From the NCBI GenBank assembly GCA_963758495.1, contig CAVWVI010000003.1, forward strand, positions 1,600,001 to 1,664,000: DNA of 64,000 nucleotides. The letters are read 5' to 3'. The notes beneath the pieces were generated by a model. The model made no database searches. It worked only from the letters and a program-made list of their open reading frames with translations, and was not told the DNA's origin. Made by a program: the position numbers and the translations under genes. Below, piece by piece: positions 34,225-42,563 of the stretch. This stretch comes from Oligoflexia bacterium (GTDB lineage: Bacteria > Bdellovibrionota > UBA1018). Numbering within the stretch: position 1 is the first letter of the stretch; the number at the start of each line of letters is the position of its first letter.

Positions 34225-35130
34225 TTAATTCAGCTTTACTGAGACTTCAGCCGAAAGTCCGGTTTGAAGAAGTAAAACGTCTTCTGGTGTGAGATGAATC
34301 AGCTTGATACGAGCTGGGACGCGCTGAACGACCTTAGTGAAGTTCCCTGTAGCGTTATCGGGTGGAAGTAAGCTAAAAGTTGCTCCCGTGGATGGGCTCA
34401 GGCTTTCAACAACACCCTCAAATTTTCGACCCGAGATTGCATCTACTTTAATCGTGGCAGGCTTGCCAGGCTCGATCCCCTTCATTTCTGTTTCTTTGAA
34501 ATTTGCTGTTACCCAGCGTTCGTCTCCGGCCACAAAACCTAAAAGTGGCTGGCCGGCAATTGCCATCATCCCTATTTCAAAGGATTTTTTAGCAATTCTT
34601 CCGTCTGCAGGTGCTTTGAGTTCTGTATCAGCGAGATTCAATCTTGCCTGTTCGACTTGAGATTCAGCCGATTTCAGTTTTCCAGCAAGGGATTGATATT
34701 GAGCTTCAGTAGAATCAAGTTTCTCTTGAGTCGCTGCTCCTTGCTTAAAAAGTCCCATAGCCCGATAGTAACTCAACTTAGCTCCTTTGACTTGGGCTGC
34801 TAGGGAATTACGATCAGATTCTGCCTGATCTAAAGCATTTTGATATTCATTGGGACGGATTTTCGCAAGAATTTGTCCGGCTTTGACATTTTGGTTTTCA
34901 TCTATATTTGCCTGAATGATGATCCCACCCACACGAGGGGAAAGGAAGGTTGCTTTGGCTTCGACCATCGCATTGTCAGTCGACACATACATAAAGGATT
35001 GGTAGCTAAAGTAGCTCACCATAGTGACAGCAAGAACCCCAATGGCACTGATAATGAGTTTTTTTTTGTCTTTTATACTGAGAACATGAGAAGTGTCCTC
35101 TATTGCTTCTATATTAAGGGTTGAATTCAT
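34225..35130 (-). CDS. emrA: HlyD/EmrA-family membrane fusion protein
   Basis: STDNA, ANFKET, TGATFSLLPPDNATGNFTKVVQRVP. Confidence 0.93.
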   Translation of the reverse strand: MNSTLNIEAIEDTSHVLSIKDKKKLIISAIGVLAVTMVSYFSYQSFMYVSTDNAMVEAKATFLSPRVGGIIIQANIDENQNVKAGQILAKIRPNEYQNALDQAESDRNSLAAQVKGAKLSYYRAMGLFKQGAATQEKLDSTEAQYQSLAGKLKSAESQVEQARLNLADTELKAPADGRIAKKSFEIGMMAIAGQPLLGFVAGDERWVTANFKETEMKGIEPGKPATIKVDAISGRKFEGVVESLSPSTGATFSLLPPDNATGNFTKVVQRVPARIKLIHLTPEDVLLLQTGLSAEVSVKLN

Positions 35131-35134
35131 AGGA

Positions 35135-36460
35135 TTAAATTCTCCTTCCTAAAGTGAGTTCCAAATTAATTAAAGCTTCTGCTGAATGGATTTGAGAGTT
35201 AACAACCCCCGCCTTGGCTTGAAATAAATCGAGTTCTGCATCCAAAACTTCAGTGCTGGTTCGACTCCCTGCCTTTTCTTCTTCGCGAGCGAGTCGGACA
35301 CTCTCTTGAGAGCGTTTTACATCAAGCGACTTTGCTTCATAACGGAAAACATTGCTGAGATATCGGCGTTTCCAAGTATCAAAGTCGTAAGGGGCTTGAA
35401 GTTTGATTTCCTCTTCGGTTTTATCAGCTTGAATCTTTTGATAACTGGCTTGTCTTGAGCGAGCGTAGGAAGCGCCACCATCAAAAAGATTCCATTTTAA
35501 GAAGACGCCAAAGTTATAGGCCCCTTGAAATGAATTTGTATCAGAAATTGAAGTATTAAGATTATTATAGAAATCATATTCTCCACCGATCGATATTGAG
35601 GGGACTAGCCAGGTGGATTGAGCATTTGCAATCTTGTCGGAAGCTTCAGCTCTGAGTGCGAGCGCTTTTAAGTCGGTGCGGCTCGAAAGGTTAGGGTCAA
35701 ACTGAAGATCTTGGACGAGTGTTGTTTGGGGAACCGGAAGCGAGCCATCCAAGACACGATCATCTGTTTTCTCTAAACCTAATAGCAACGTGAGTTTGCG
35801 GCGAGTAATCTCCACATTATCTTTAGCGTCAAGCAGGTCGGAACGAGCTGCGTTGAGTTGAACCTGAACGCGAAGAACATCATAGTTGGTTGCTGCTCCT
35901 CCATGCTTTAAGATCTCCGCTTGCGTCAAATGATCTTCGAGAGTTTTTACGTTTTGCTGATAAACTTCTTCAATGAGTTTAGCGCCCAAAGCTTGGTAGA
36001 AGGCTGATTTAATATTTTGTTCGAGTTGAAATTCCGATCGAGAGAGTTCGTTCTTTGAAGCTTCCTCTGTAAGGGAAGCCGATTGCAGACGATATACATT
36101 CGCAAGGCCGTCAAAGATAGGAATCATGACATTGAATGAAAGTAGAGTGGTTGGGTAGATCGAAGGAAAACTAACGGTTTGGCCTTCGAGAGGGACGGTA
36201 ATCACTTGATACTTTGTATCGAAAAAATAATTCGCGTTGGCTGATAACTTGGGGAGAAAGCCTGTACCTAATGTTTCCGTCTTTTTCCAATAGCTTTCAT
36301 CGAAGGCGGCTCTAACCCTTTGGATAGTGGGTGATTTTTCCTGACCTTCAGCGATTGCTTGCTCTAAATGCAATAAGCCAGAATCTCCTGCAAAAACGGG
36401 AGGGGAAAGTAAGAGAGCCACGCTACCCGTGGAGATCATGAATAGGATTAGAAGCTTCAT
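35135..36460 (-). CDS. TolC-family outer membrane efflux protein
   Basis: Signal peptide, IPIFDG and WNLFDGG repeats, GSRTSTEVLDAE. Confidence 0.92.
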   Translation of the reverse strand: MKLLILFMISTGSVALLLSPPVFAGDSGLLHLEQAIAEGQEKSPTIQRVRAAFDESYWKKTETLGTGFLPKLSANANYFFDTKYQVITVPLEGQTVSFPSIYPTTLLSFNVMIPIFDGLANVYRLQSASLTEEASKNELSRSEFQLEQNIKSAFYQALGAKLIEEVYQQNVKTLEDHLTQAEILKHGGAATNYDVLRVQVQLNAARSDLLDAKDNVEITRRKLTLLLGLEKTDDRVLDGSLPVPQTTLVQDLQFDPNLSSRTDLKALALRAEASDKIANAQSTWLVPSISIGGEYDFYNNLNTSISDTNSFQGAYNFGVFLKWNLFDGGASYARSRQASYQKIQADKTEEEIKLQAPYDFDTWKRRYLSNVFRYEAKSLDVKRSQESVRLAREEEKAGSRTSTEVLDAELDLFQAKAGVVNSQIHSAEALINLELTLGRRI

Positions 36461-36480
36461 AGAGGACCTCTGCTAAATAT

Positions 36481-36565
36481 TTAATTAATCGAGCAATTAA
36501 CTAATATCAGTATCGGGCGATTTTAGGAAAGAATCAAGGAAATAATTAATTAACTGATTAATTAA
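36481..36565. promoter_or_regulatory. Two palindromic operators, probably bound by the adjacent TetR
   Basis: TTAATTAATCGAGCAATTAA (36481-36500) and TTAATTAACTGATTAATTAA (36546-36565) in the divergent intergenic region. Confidence 0.7.
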
Positions 36566-36635
36566 CAAAAAACAAAGAATTTGCTAGATTAGAATTTAGA
36601 AGTCATAAGTAGGATTCTTTAGGAGGTTTTTTATA

Positions 36636-37250
36636 ATGACTATTCCGACAAAATTGAAGGTAAAAACTAGAAATCGTGAAAGATCGATTAAAAAATTACT
36701 TCAAGCTGGAACCGAGATTTTTTCGAAGTACGGTTATGATGGCGCGACAACTAAAATGATTGCCAAACGCGCTGGAATGAATGAAGGGCTCATCAATCAT
36801 TACTTCAAAGGCAAACCCGGTCTGCTCCTGGCGATTATTCTTGAGTTCATTAAAAGAAAAATTGAGCAAGCCGATACATCCCCTGTCTGTGAAACGGTAG
36901 AGGAAGAGATTCGTACCTATCTTCAAATGCGCATCAAAACTCATTTAGAGGAGCTGGATTTTTTTAGAATCGCAGTCGCTAGAGCGGCGATTGATCCAAA
37001 GATCAGTGTTGAGATCCAAAAACACATCCCTCTTTTTAGTAACCCTGTATTGCTTAAAAGGCTTCAGGCTCTTCAGGAAAGAGGGAAAATTAGAGAAGGT
37101 TTGGATTTGGAAGTCCTCGCCATCAATATCCAAACACAATCCATGGGATTTCTTTTTATGATACAAACTTTCCGCAATATCGATTGCACACCCTTGAATG
37201 AAGCCATCCAGCAATTTGCGAAACTCATCGCACAAGCTGTTGTGGAATAA
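36636..37250 (+). CDS. TetR/AcrR-family transcriptional regulator
   Basis: FSKYGYDGATTKMIAKRAGMNEGLINHYFKGK HTH; divergent from the efflux operon. Confidence 0.93.
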   Translation: MTIPTKLKVKTRNRERSIKKLLQAGTEIFSKYGYDGATTKMIAKRAGMNEGLINHYFKGKPGLLLAIILEFIKRKIEQADTSPVCETVEEEIRTYLQMRIKTHLEELDFFRIAVARAAIDPKISVEIQKHIPLFSNPVLLKRLQALQERGKIREGLDLEVLAINIQTQSMGFLFMIQTFRNIDCTPLNEAIQQFAKLIAQAVVE

Positions 37251-37377
37251 ATTTCCGTTATTTAAGTTTTTGCGTGAATGAAATGATGAATTCTACGAGC
37301 TTTTTACCATTCAGTGCGAAATTCTCCTGGGTTTCCGTCAGGAAGACCTCCAAAAATCATATTGGGACTGATATGAG

Positions 37378-37683
37378 GTGAAACCCTCAGAGAGGGATAG
37401 ACATAGTTATCGTAGGTCAAATGGGATTGAAAATATCCAGCTTGTTCCTACCAATCCTCTGGAAGTCCGAGAGTGTCCACGGCAGAATTTCGTCGAGCTT
37501 TTCTATCAGGCGAAAGCACATCCTGCAGAAAAAATTCATGATCTCACATTCCGCCATTACCAGCGCCTCGAATCCGGTGAGGAGAACCCCACTTTAAGCA
37601 CAGTTGAAAGACTAATGGCAGCCTTCCCTGATACGGACTTTTCCCTGATTCTAAAGCAGCCGTATAAAGTACGAGTGGCGTAA
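37378..37683 (+). pseudogene. Xre-type HTH protein, probably a truncated or chimeric remnant
   Basis: LTFRHYQRLESGEENPTLSTVERL in the C-terminal half; N-terminal half does not look HTH-like. Confidence 0.5.
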
Positions 37684-37868
37684 AAAATGAAGGACGTGTT
37701 CTGCTAACGCTTTCTTGAAGGCTTTCCCAAAGTTACGGTCCATTTAGAATGTATTGTTAAATAGTACGATTGTACTCTATAAAAGTACATATTTATACTG
37801 GAGTACCGGAAGCACGTGACAAACCTGATTGGAATTAATTTTAAAACTTCAACAATCATCATTATATA

Positions 37869-37930
37869 TGGTGGAGAGAGAGGGATTTGAACCCTCGTTA
37901 GGGTTTCCCCTAAACACACTTTCGAAGCGT
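37869..37930 (-). repeat. att site: 62-bp duplication of the tRNA-Ser(CGA) 3' part
   Basis: Matches 42438-42499 at 60/62 positions. Confidence 0.95.
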
Positions 37931-38108
37931 AATTATCAATTTAAAATAGATCATAAATTTATATCTTTATAAATAATAACAAGAGGTTAAATTATGGCTC
38001 ATTGCGTCTTATTTTGATGGATTGAGATGATTTTTGACCTGTCTGGGACACTTTTAGGGACACTTGCAGTGCTGGTGGACTTCCGACAAGATGGCGGCTG
38101 ACTTGAGG

Positions 38109-38147
38109 TTGACTTATCGGATATGATAGGTTATCTTTATTGATAAG
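38109..38147 (+). promoter_or_regulatory. sigma70 promoter with two TTATC-N6-GATA operators (TA autoregulation)
   Basis: TTGACT-17bp-TATCTT; palindromes at 38114-38129 and 38131-38146 cover the spacer and the -10. Confidence 0.7.
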
Positions 38148-38465
38148 ATGACTCATCAGAAGACCTGGATTATAGACATGGCGCCTGAAGCTATAGCTGA
38201 ATGGAATGGTAATGCTTTATCAGAAGATGACCGAATTATTATCAATACATGGGCTAAGACAGTGAGAGAATACGGTCCAGACGAGCTTCAAAGGCATTCA
38301 GGTTTATGGAATGATCATCCGCTCACTGGATTTTGGGATGGATGCCGAGCTTCGAATTTTTCGAATAGTGGTCGGATCATTTACTACCGTTTTGATCAGT
38401 TGGGTCGAGTTCAGATTTTGAGGATTACGATTGATCATGATTATACGAAGGAGGGTAAAAAATGA
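38148..38465 (+). CDS. RelE/YafQ/HigB-superfamily toxin
   Basis: WNDHPLTGFWDGCRASNFSNSGRIIY; toxin-first order; ATGA overlap with the HTH gene. Confidence 0.82.
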   Translation: MTHQKTWIIDMAPEAIAEWNGNALSEDDRIIINTWAKTVREYGPDELQRHSGLWNDHPLTGFWDGCRASNFSNSGRIIYYRFDQLGRVQILRITIDHDYTKEGKK

Positions 38466-38770
38466 CTGATTTTTTTAGTTTACCGCAGCCAAAACTAACA
38501 CCTGGCAAAGTTGTGAGGGCATTCCGAAAAAACTTTGGTTTTACCCTTGAGGAAATCGACAGGCTGACTCATGCAGGTACAACAAACCTGAGTGCTATTG
38601 AAAACGATAACCGACCCCTTGGCTTAGATCTAGCGGTTCGGTTAGCAGCCGTATTTGGGATCAATCCTGGGTTGATCTTGTTCCCTGAAGGAATTGAAAT
38701 CTTAGACCGCCCCGAACTTCAACAGATTCATGACAATGCAATAACACTTCGAAAGCAGAAGTGCGGGTAG
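38462..38770 (+). CDS. Xre-HTH antitoxin (HigA-like)
   Basis: TPGKVVRAFRKNFGFTLEEI...NLSAIENDNRPLGLDLAVRLAAVF. Confidence 0.85.
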   Translation: MTDFFSLPQPKLTPGKVVRAFRKNFGFTLEEIDRLTHAGTTNLSAIENDNRPLGLDLAVRLAAVFGINPGLILFPEGIEILDRPELQQIHDNAITLRKQKCG

Positions 38771-38992
38771 TCTATTTTCAATATTTTTAGTTTAGGAAAA
38801 TTTTAGATGATTACCATCTCTACGACGGTTCACTTTGTTTAGCTTAAAATCTTTGAAAATGAACTTTGTCTTTAATATAAGTATAATTAAATGTAAAAGT
38901 TATAGCTTAGATTTTTTAAATAATTATTTCAATTATATATAATATAGTATAGTTTCATCGTCCTCCCTAATCATTAAAAATGAGGATGAGTC

Positions 38993-39601
38993 ATGAAATT
39001 ATGGGTTAGATTAGTTACGATAATATTATTTAATACATTTTCCTTAAACGCTTTCGCAGTTTGTGAGAGCGAGCGAAATGAGTATAACCATTTTAACGAT
39101 CTTTGTAACAAGCTCACCGCGGCTTCTCAAGTTGCGATGGTAAGCGGTGGAATCTTTGGAACTATCTTTGCGATTCCTACATTAGGACTAAGCCTTGCAG
39201 CGGGTGGACTTGCTGGAGCTGGACCTGGTTTTGCTGCAACAAATGCATGCAGGATTCGGGATGAGAAAAAATCGAACTTAGACCGTTGTGAGGCGAATGC
39301 AACTGAAGCACACCAGAGGACTGAAGAAGTCCAGCGGGCTGAAGTTGAAAGACAAAGACAACGAGGAATTAGAATTATCCAAGTCAATCAAATTTACAAC
39401 ACACAACGTACTCAAGCTGAAGTTGATTTCCAAACCGCTGTCGATCGAATGATCCAAGAAATGGTGGATGAGGGCTTTGATGTTAATCTGCCTGAAACAC
39501 AAGAAGTCATCAGACGATCACGCGAAGACTTACGATCAGCGCTCAATCAACGCCTAGAGCAAATTGAGCAGCAACGCAGGCAAGAATTAAGTCAAATCTA
39601 A
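38993..39601 (+). CDS. Secreted protein with Gly/Ala-rich hydrophobic hairpin and coiled-coil tail
   Basis: Signal peptide ending AFA; 4 Cys flanking GGIFGTIFAIPTLGLSLAAGGLAGAGPGFAA. Confidence 0.75.
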   Translation: MKLWVRLVTIILFNTFSLNAFAVCESERNEYNHFNDLCNKLTAASQVAMVSGGIFGTIFAIPTLGLSLAAGGLAGAGPGFAATNACRIRDEKKSNLDRCEANATEAHQRTEEVQRAEVERQRQRGIRIIQVNQIYNTQRTQAEVDFQTAVDRMIQEMVDEGFDVNLPETQEVIRRSREDLRSALNQRLEQIEQQRRQELSQI

Positions 39602-39621
39602 ATTAAATAATGGTAACCTAG

Positions 39622-41025
39622 ATGAAAACCTTAAAATTTTCAGTGTTGAGTCTTACTCTAATCACTTTATTTACAGGATCGGTGCTTGCTGGGAATGATC
39701 CACCACCAATGCCCACAGGGCAAGTGACAACGACAGTCGGGGGCAATCCTCCTAATTGTCCTCCACTTTCCAATGGTCATGTTTTTAACTCGGTAACTTC
39801 GGATATTGGAAAACTTTTTGGTAGTGGTCCTGATGCTGTCATTCAATCCTCGAATCAGAGGCAAGAACACATTTTCACCATGGCAAACCATAATGGTCAG
39901 GTGCAAGAATGGATTACTCAGGAGAGCCAGCGCGTTGATGCTCTAAGAAGTTGCAACCTTACTCCTGAACTCTCACAACAAACTCGAGATCTTGAAAATA
40001 AACCAGTAGACCAATTGGTACAAGGAAAAGCTAAACCCAAAGGAACGATAGATGTAAGCCAAATTCCAAATCCGGATGAGTCCTCTCTTCCTTATCAATT
40101 CCAATCTCCTGTAGGAGCATTTAGGGATGAAATGGTCCAACTTTATAAAGATCTTTATAAAGTCCAACCGCAGTTTGGAAAACAACAAAAAACTAGAGAA
40201 TTAGGGCTCATTGCTACGGAAGAAGCTGATAGGTCTTATTCACTAGGTAATGCTAATGACGCCAATTTCTACAAAGAACTTGGAAAAGAGTTTTTGGATA
40301 TTACAGTGGGGCTCGATCCAGTTACTGGGTTTGGAAGATCTGCTTATGAGCTTTTTTATGGAAGAAACTTAATTACAGGAATGAAGCTCAATTCAGTTGA
40401 ACGAAGCTTTGCATTCTTGGGTGTGGCAACAGCAGGTGGAAGTAGATTTCTACATCAAGCGGGCCGTGGTATGTGGCGTATTTATCAGCGTGCTTCACAT
40501 TTGCTTCAAGAAAGGCAAGCGATTGAATCTGCGATTCGCGAAGGTGAAGTTCTTATTGGACGCGCAGGTCATTTGCTTAATAGTTGGAAGAAAAATCATC
40601 AGATTATAAGTATTACTTCAGCAATAGAAGCAAATGCACCACATATTTCGAGAGGCCATAATCCCCCTTATCAACATGAGTCTTTTGTAGTTCATTTCAA
40701 AACCATTCGTGAGAGTCATTGGGTAAGAGTACATACAGACGGAAATCAACCTGGTAACTGGGTTCTAAGAGCAAGTGAAATTAGAGGATTAACACCTGCT
40801 CAAATTGCAGAGAAATTCGCCTTACCTCAGATTCCAATGTACGTTTCAGATGTTTATCTCCCATCAAATACTCTCATGTCTCGTGGAAATGTACAGGCGC
40901 ACCCGTTTGGTCGTGCGATAGAAGGCAGATCAGGCTCAATTCAATATAGAATTGAACAAACTATGAATCCAGAAGAGTTTGTGGGACTATTTTCAAATCC
41001 AAGACCTTTACCGGAGGTATTTTAA
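39622..41025 (+). CDS. Secreted polymorphic toxin: signal peptide, PT-TG pre-toxin domain, C-terminal toxin domain
   Basis: LDPVTGFGRSAYELFYGRNLITGMKLNSVERSFAFLGV (PT-TG-like); tip WVRVH...GNWV...GLTPAQIAEKFALP...GSIQY. Confidence 0.8.
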   Translation: MKTLKFSVLSLTLITLFTGSVLAGNDPPPMPTGQVTTTVGGNPPNCPPLSNGHVFNSVTSDIGKLFGSGPDAVIQSSNQRQEHIFTMANHNGQVQEWITQESQRVDALRSCNLTPELSQQTRDLENKPVDQLVQGKAKPKGTIDVSQIPNPDESSLPYQFQSPVGAFRDEMVQLYKDLYKVQPQFGKQQKTRELGLIATEEADRSYSLGNANDANFYKELGKEFLDITVGLDPVTGFGRSAYELFYGRNLITGMKLNSVERSFAFLGVATAGGSRFLHQAGRGMWRIYQRASHLLQERQAIESAIREGEVLIGRAGHLLNSWKKNHQIISITSAIEANAPHISRGHNPPYQHESFVVHFKTIRESHWVRVHTDGNQPGNWVLRASEIRGLTPAQIAEKFALPQIPMYVSDVYLPSNTLMSRGNVQAHPFGRAIEGRSGSIQYRIEQTMNPEEFVGLFSNPRPLPEVF

Positions 41026-41274
41026 ATGCAATTTTATAAAACGCTTGCTTTATCTGATGGAACCTTAGTACTTGAAAAACCATATGCGCAATTCATTTAT
41101 AAAATTAATCCTACTGGTAAAAAACAGTGGGAGTTAAAGGCAAATCAAGAGGACCAGGGATTTACTAACATCTATTCAAATGAAAAAGGGCTCTTTGCAT
41201 TTACGTGGGGATGTACTGAATACATGCTAGATCCTACCACAGGAAAAGTCCTAAAGGAAACTTTCACCAAATAA
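41026..41274 (+). CDS. Probable cognate immunity protein
   Basis: Starts at the base after the toxin stop (SD GGAGG inside the toxin end); paralogous to 41960-42211. Confidence 0.75.
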   Translation: MQFYKTLALSDGTLVLEKPYAQFIYKINPTGKKQWELKANQEDQGFTNIYSNEKGLFAFTWGCTEYMLDPTTGKVLKETFTK

Positions 41275-41278
41275 ACTC

Positions 41279-41514
41279 GACCTTACGGCAGTATAAATTC
41301 GAGACGAATTAAATTCACTAGAAACACCTGCCCATTTTTCCGACATATAGTTCGACCTAGTACCAAAATGAGTCGTGGAATGTCATTTTATAATGAATGG
41401 GATTGGCATGGAATGGGTAAAAGAATAGAGGGACAAGTTCAATATAGAGTGGAAGGAGTGGTAGATGCATCTTGGTTTAAAAATATGAGGGAAATTGGAG
41501 AGAGATTTTTATGA
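41279..41514 (+). pseudogene. Orphan toxin C-terminal fragment 1 (degraded)
   Basis: LTAV*IRDELNSLETPAHFSDI*, then after a frameshift PSTKMSRG...EGQVQYRVE...WFKNMREI; aligns with the toxin tip. Confidence 0.75.
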
Positions 41515-41813
41515 GTCAAGATTTTTTCCAGCCATCCAAGAGAAATATTTTTGGTCCTGTTGATGACATTATTTTTTGGTTTGCCCAAAAACATGGTTGC
41601 AATGTTAATATGGACTATAAAGGTGAAGACATTCGGCTTATCGTGTTTCCTAATGGGAATAAGCTACTCATAAAAAGTCCGGATAATGACGAGGCTGTAA
41701 CTACTATTGTAAAAATCTACTCTGCACGTGATGGTATGTGGTTAAGCTTTAGCTCGGGTCGACAAAAACTTTATCAGCTTCTAGAGGACCTTTATCAGAA
41801 GCATGCATTATAA
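41511..41813 (+). CDS. Probable orphan immunity protein (unrelated family)
   Basis: ATGA-coupled to orphan tip 1; SD GGAGAG. Confidence 0.65.
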   Translation: MSQDFFQPSKRNIFGPVDDIIFWFAQKHGCNVNMDYKGEDIRLIVFPNGNKLLIKSPDNDEAVTTIVKIYSARDGMWLSFSSGRQKLYQLLEDLYQKHAL

Positions 41814-41882
41814 AAATACACTAAGTTACTAGATAAGTTTTATGGAAATGTGAAGGTTGTGCATCAGAATAAATAGTGGTGC

Positions 41883-41963
41883 GTTCAATACTTCATTGAC
41901 ATAGATCGTATTCCAGGGGAATGGTTTTCGAATTTAAGAACATTGTCGGAGGTATTTAAATGA
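41883..41963 (+). pseudogene. Orphan toxin C-terminal fragment 2 (degraded)
   Basis: VQYFIDIDRIPGEWFSNLRTLSEVFK* versus toxin IQYRIE...LFSNPRPLPEVF*. Confidence 0.72.
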
Positions 41964-42211
41964 GCCCAACAGAAATAAAGCTTTCAAATGGAAATAAAAT
42001 TCTTTTAGATTCGTCTTTTATATATGTCTATATGCTGGATGAAGCCGGTAATAAAGTATGGGAAACTAAATGTAACGACATTGAATTTGAACGTAGTTTT
42101 ACGAATCCCTATCTAGAAAAAGGTCATTTATGGGTAGGAACAACTATCGGTGTTGAGTATCAATTAGATATAAGCACGGGGGCAATCCTTAAAAAAATAT
42201 ATAGAAAATAA
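41960..42211 (+). CDS. Orphan immunity protein, paralogue of 41026-41274
   Basis: Shared LS(D/N)G, GxKxWExK, FTNxY, EYxLDxxTGxxLK pattern. Confidence 0.75.
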   Translation: MSPTEIKLSNGNKILLDSSFIYVYMLDEAGNKVWETKCNDIEFERSFTNPYLEKGHLWVGTTIGVEYQLDISTGAILKKIYRK

Positions 42212-42233
42212 CCTGGTCTAAGTGGGGGAGTAA

Positions 42234-42353
42234 AACGTCACTCAACGTTATATGCACAGGACCGATGGCCGTTTGAATTTAATCGCGGAAAGGCTCGGCG
42301 GCAAATACCAAACACTTGCTGAAGTCTCAAAACCTCAACTGGTAAATAGTTAG
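42234..42353 (+). pseudogene. Tyrosine integrase C-terminal remnant
   Basis: NVTQRYMH...* resembles the catalytic-Tyr motif; sits next to the tRNA-proximal att. Confidence 0.6.
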
Positions 42354-42437
42354 GGACACTTTTCAAAATTAAGTGCAGAAATCTGAATTTGAATGAAGAA
42401 TTTATGAATTGTTATCTATTTGAAATTACAGTGAAAG

Positions 42438-42527
42438 TGGCGGAGAGAGAGGGATTTGAACCCTCGTTAGGGTTTCCCCTAAACACGCTTTCGAAGCGTG
42501 CGCCTTCAGCCACTCGGCCATCTCTCC
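42438..42527 (-). tRNA. tRNA-Ser(CGA)
   Basis: GGAGAGA acceptor stem, CACGC-TT-CGA-AA-GCGTG anticodon arm, long variable arm, GGTTCAAATCC, CCA. Confidence 0.97.
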
Positions 42528-42563
42528 GTTTCAAGGTCCAAAGTAATTTTAGGTAAATAGCAC

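Larger units (their letters stand above)
37869..42499. mobile_element. Degraded integrative genomic island at tRNA-Ser(CGA)
   Basis: Flanking direct repeats, GGGACACTT repeats near both ends, integrase remnant, TA module and toxin cargo. Confidence 0.88.

Noticed and set aside
37704..37919. 71-aa minus-strand ORF
   Set aside because: Begins inside the duplicated tRNA fragment (RVQIPLSPP is tRNA sequence); spurious.
37869..37930. Second tRNA-Ser gene
   Set aside because: Lacks the D arm and 5' acceptor strand; it is an att duplication.
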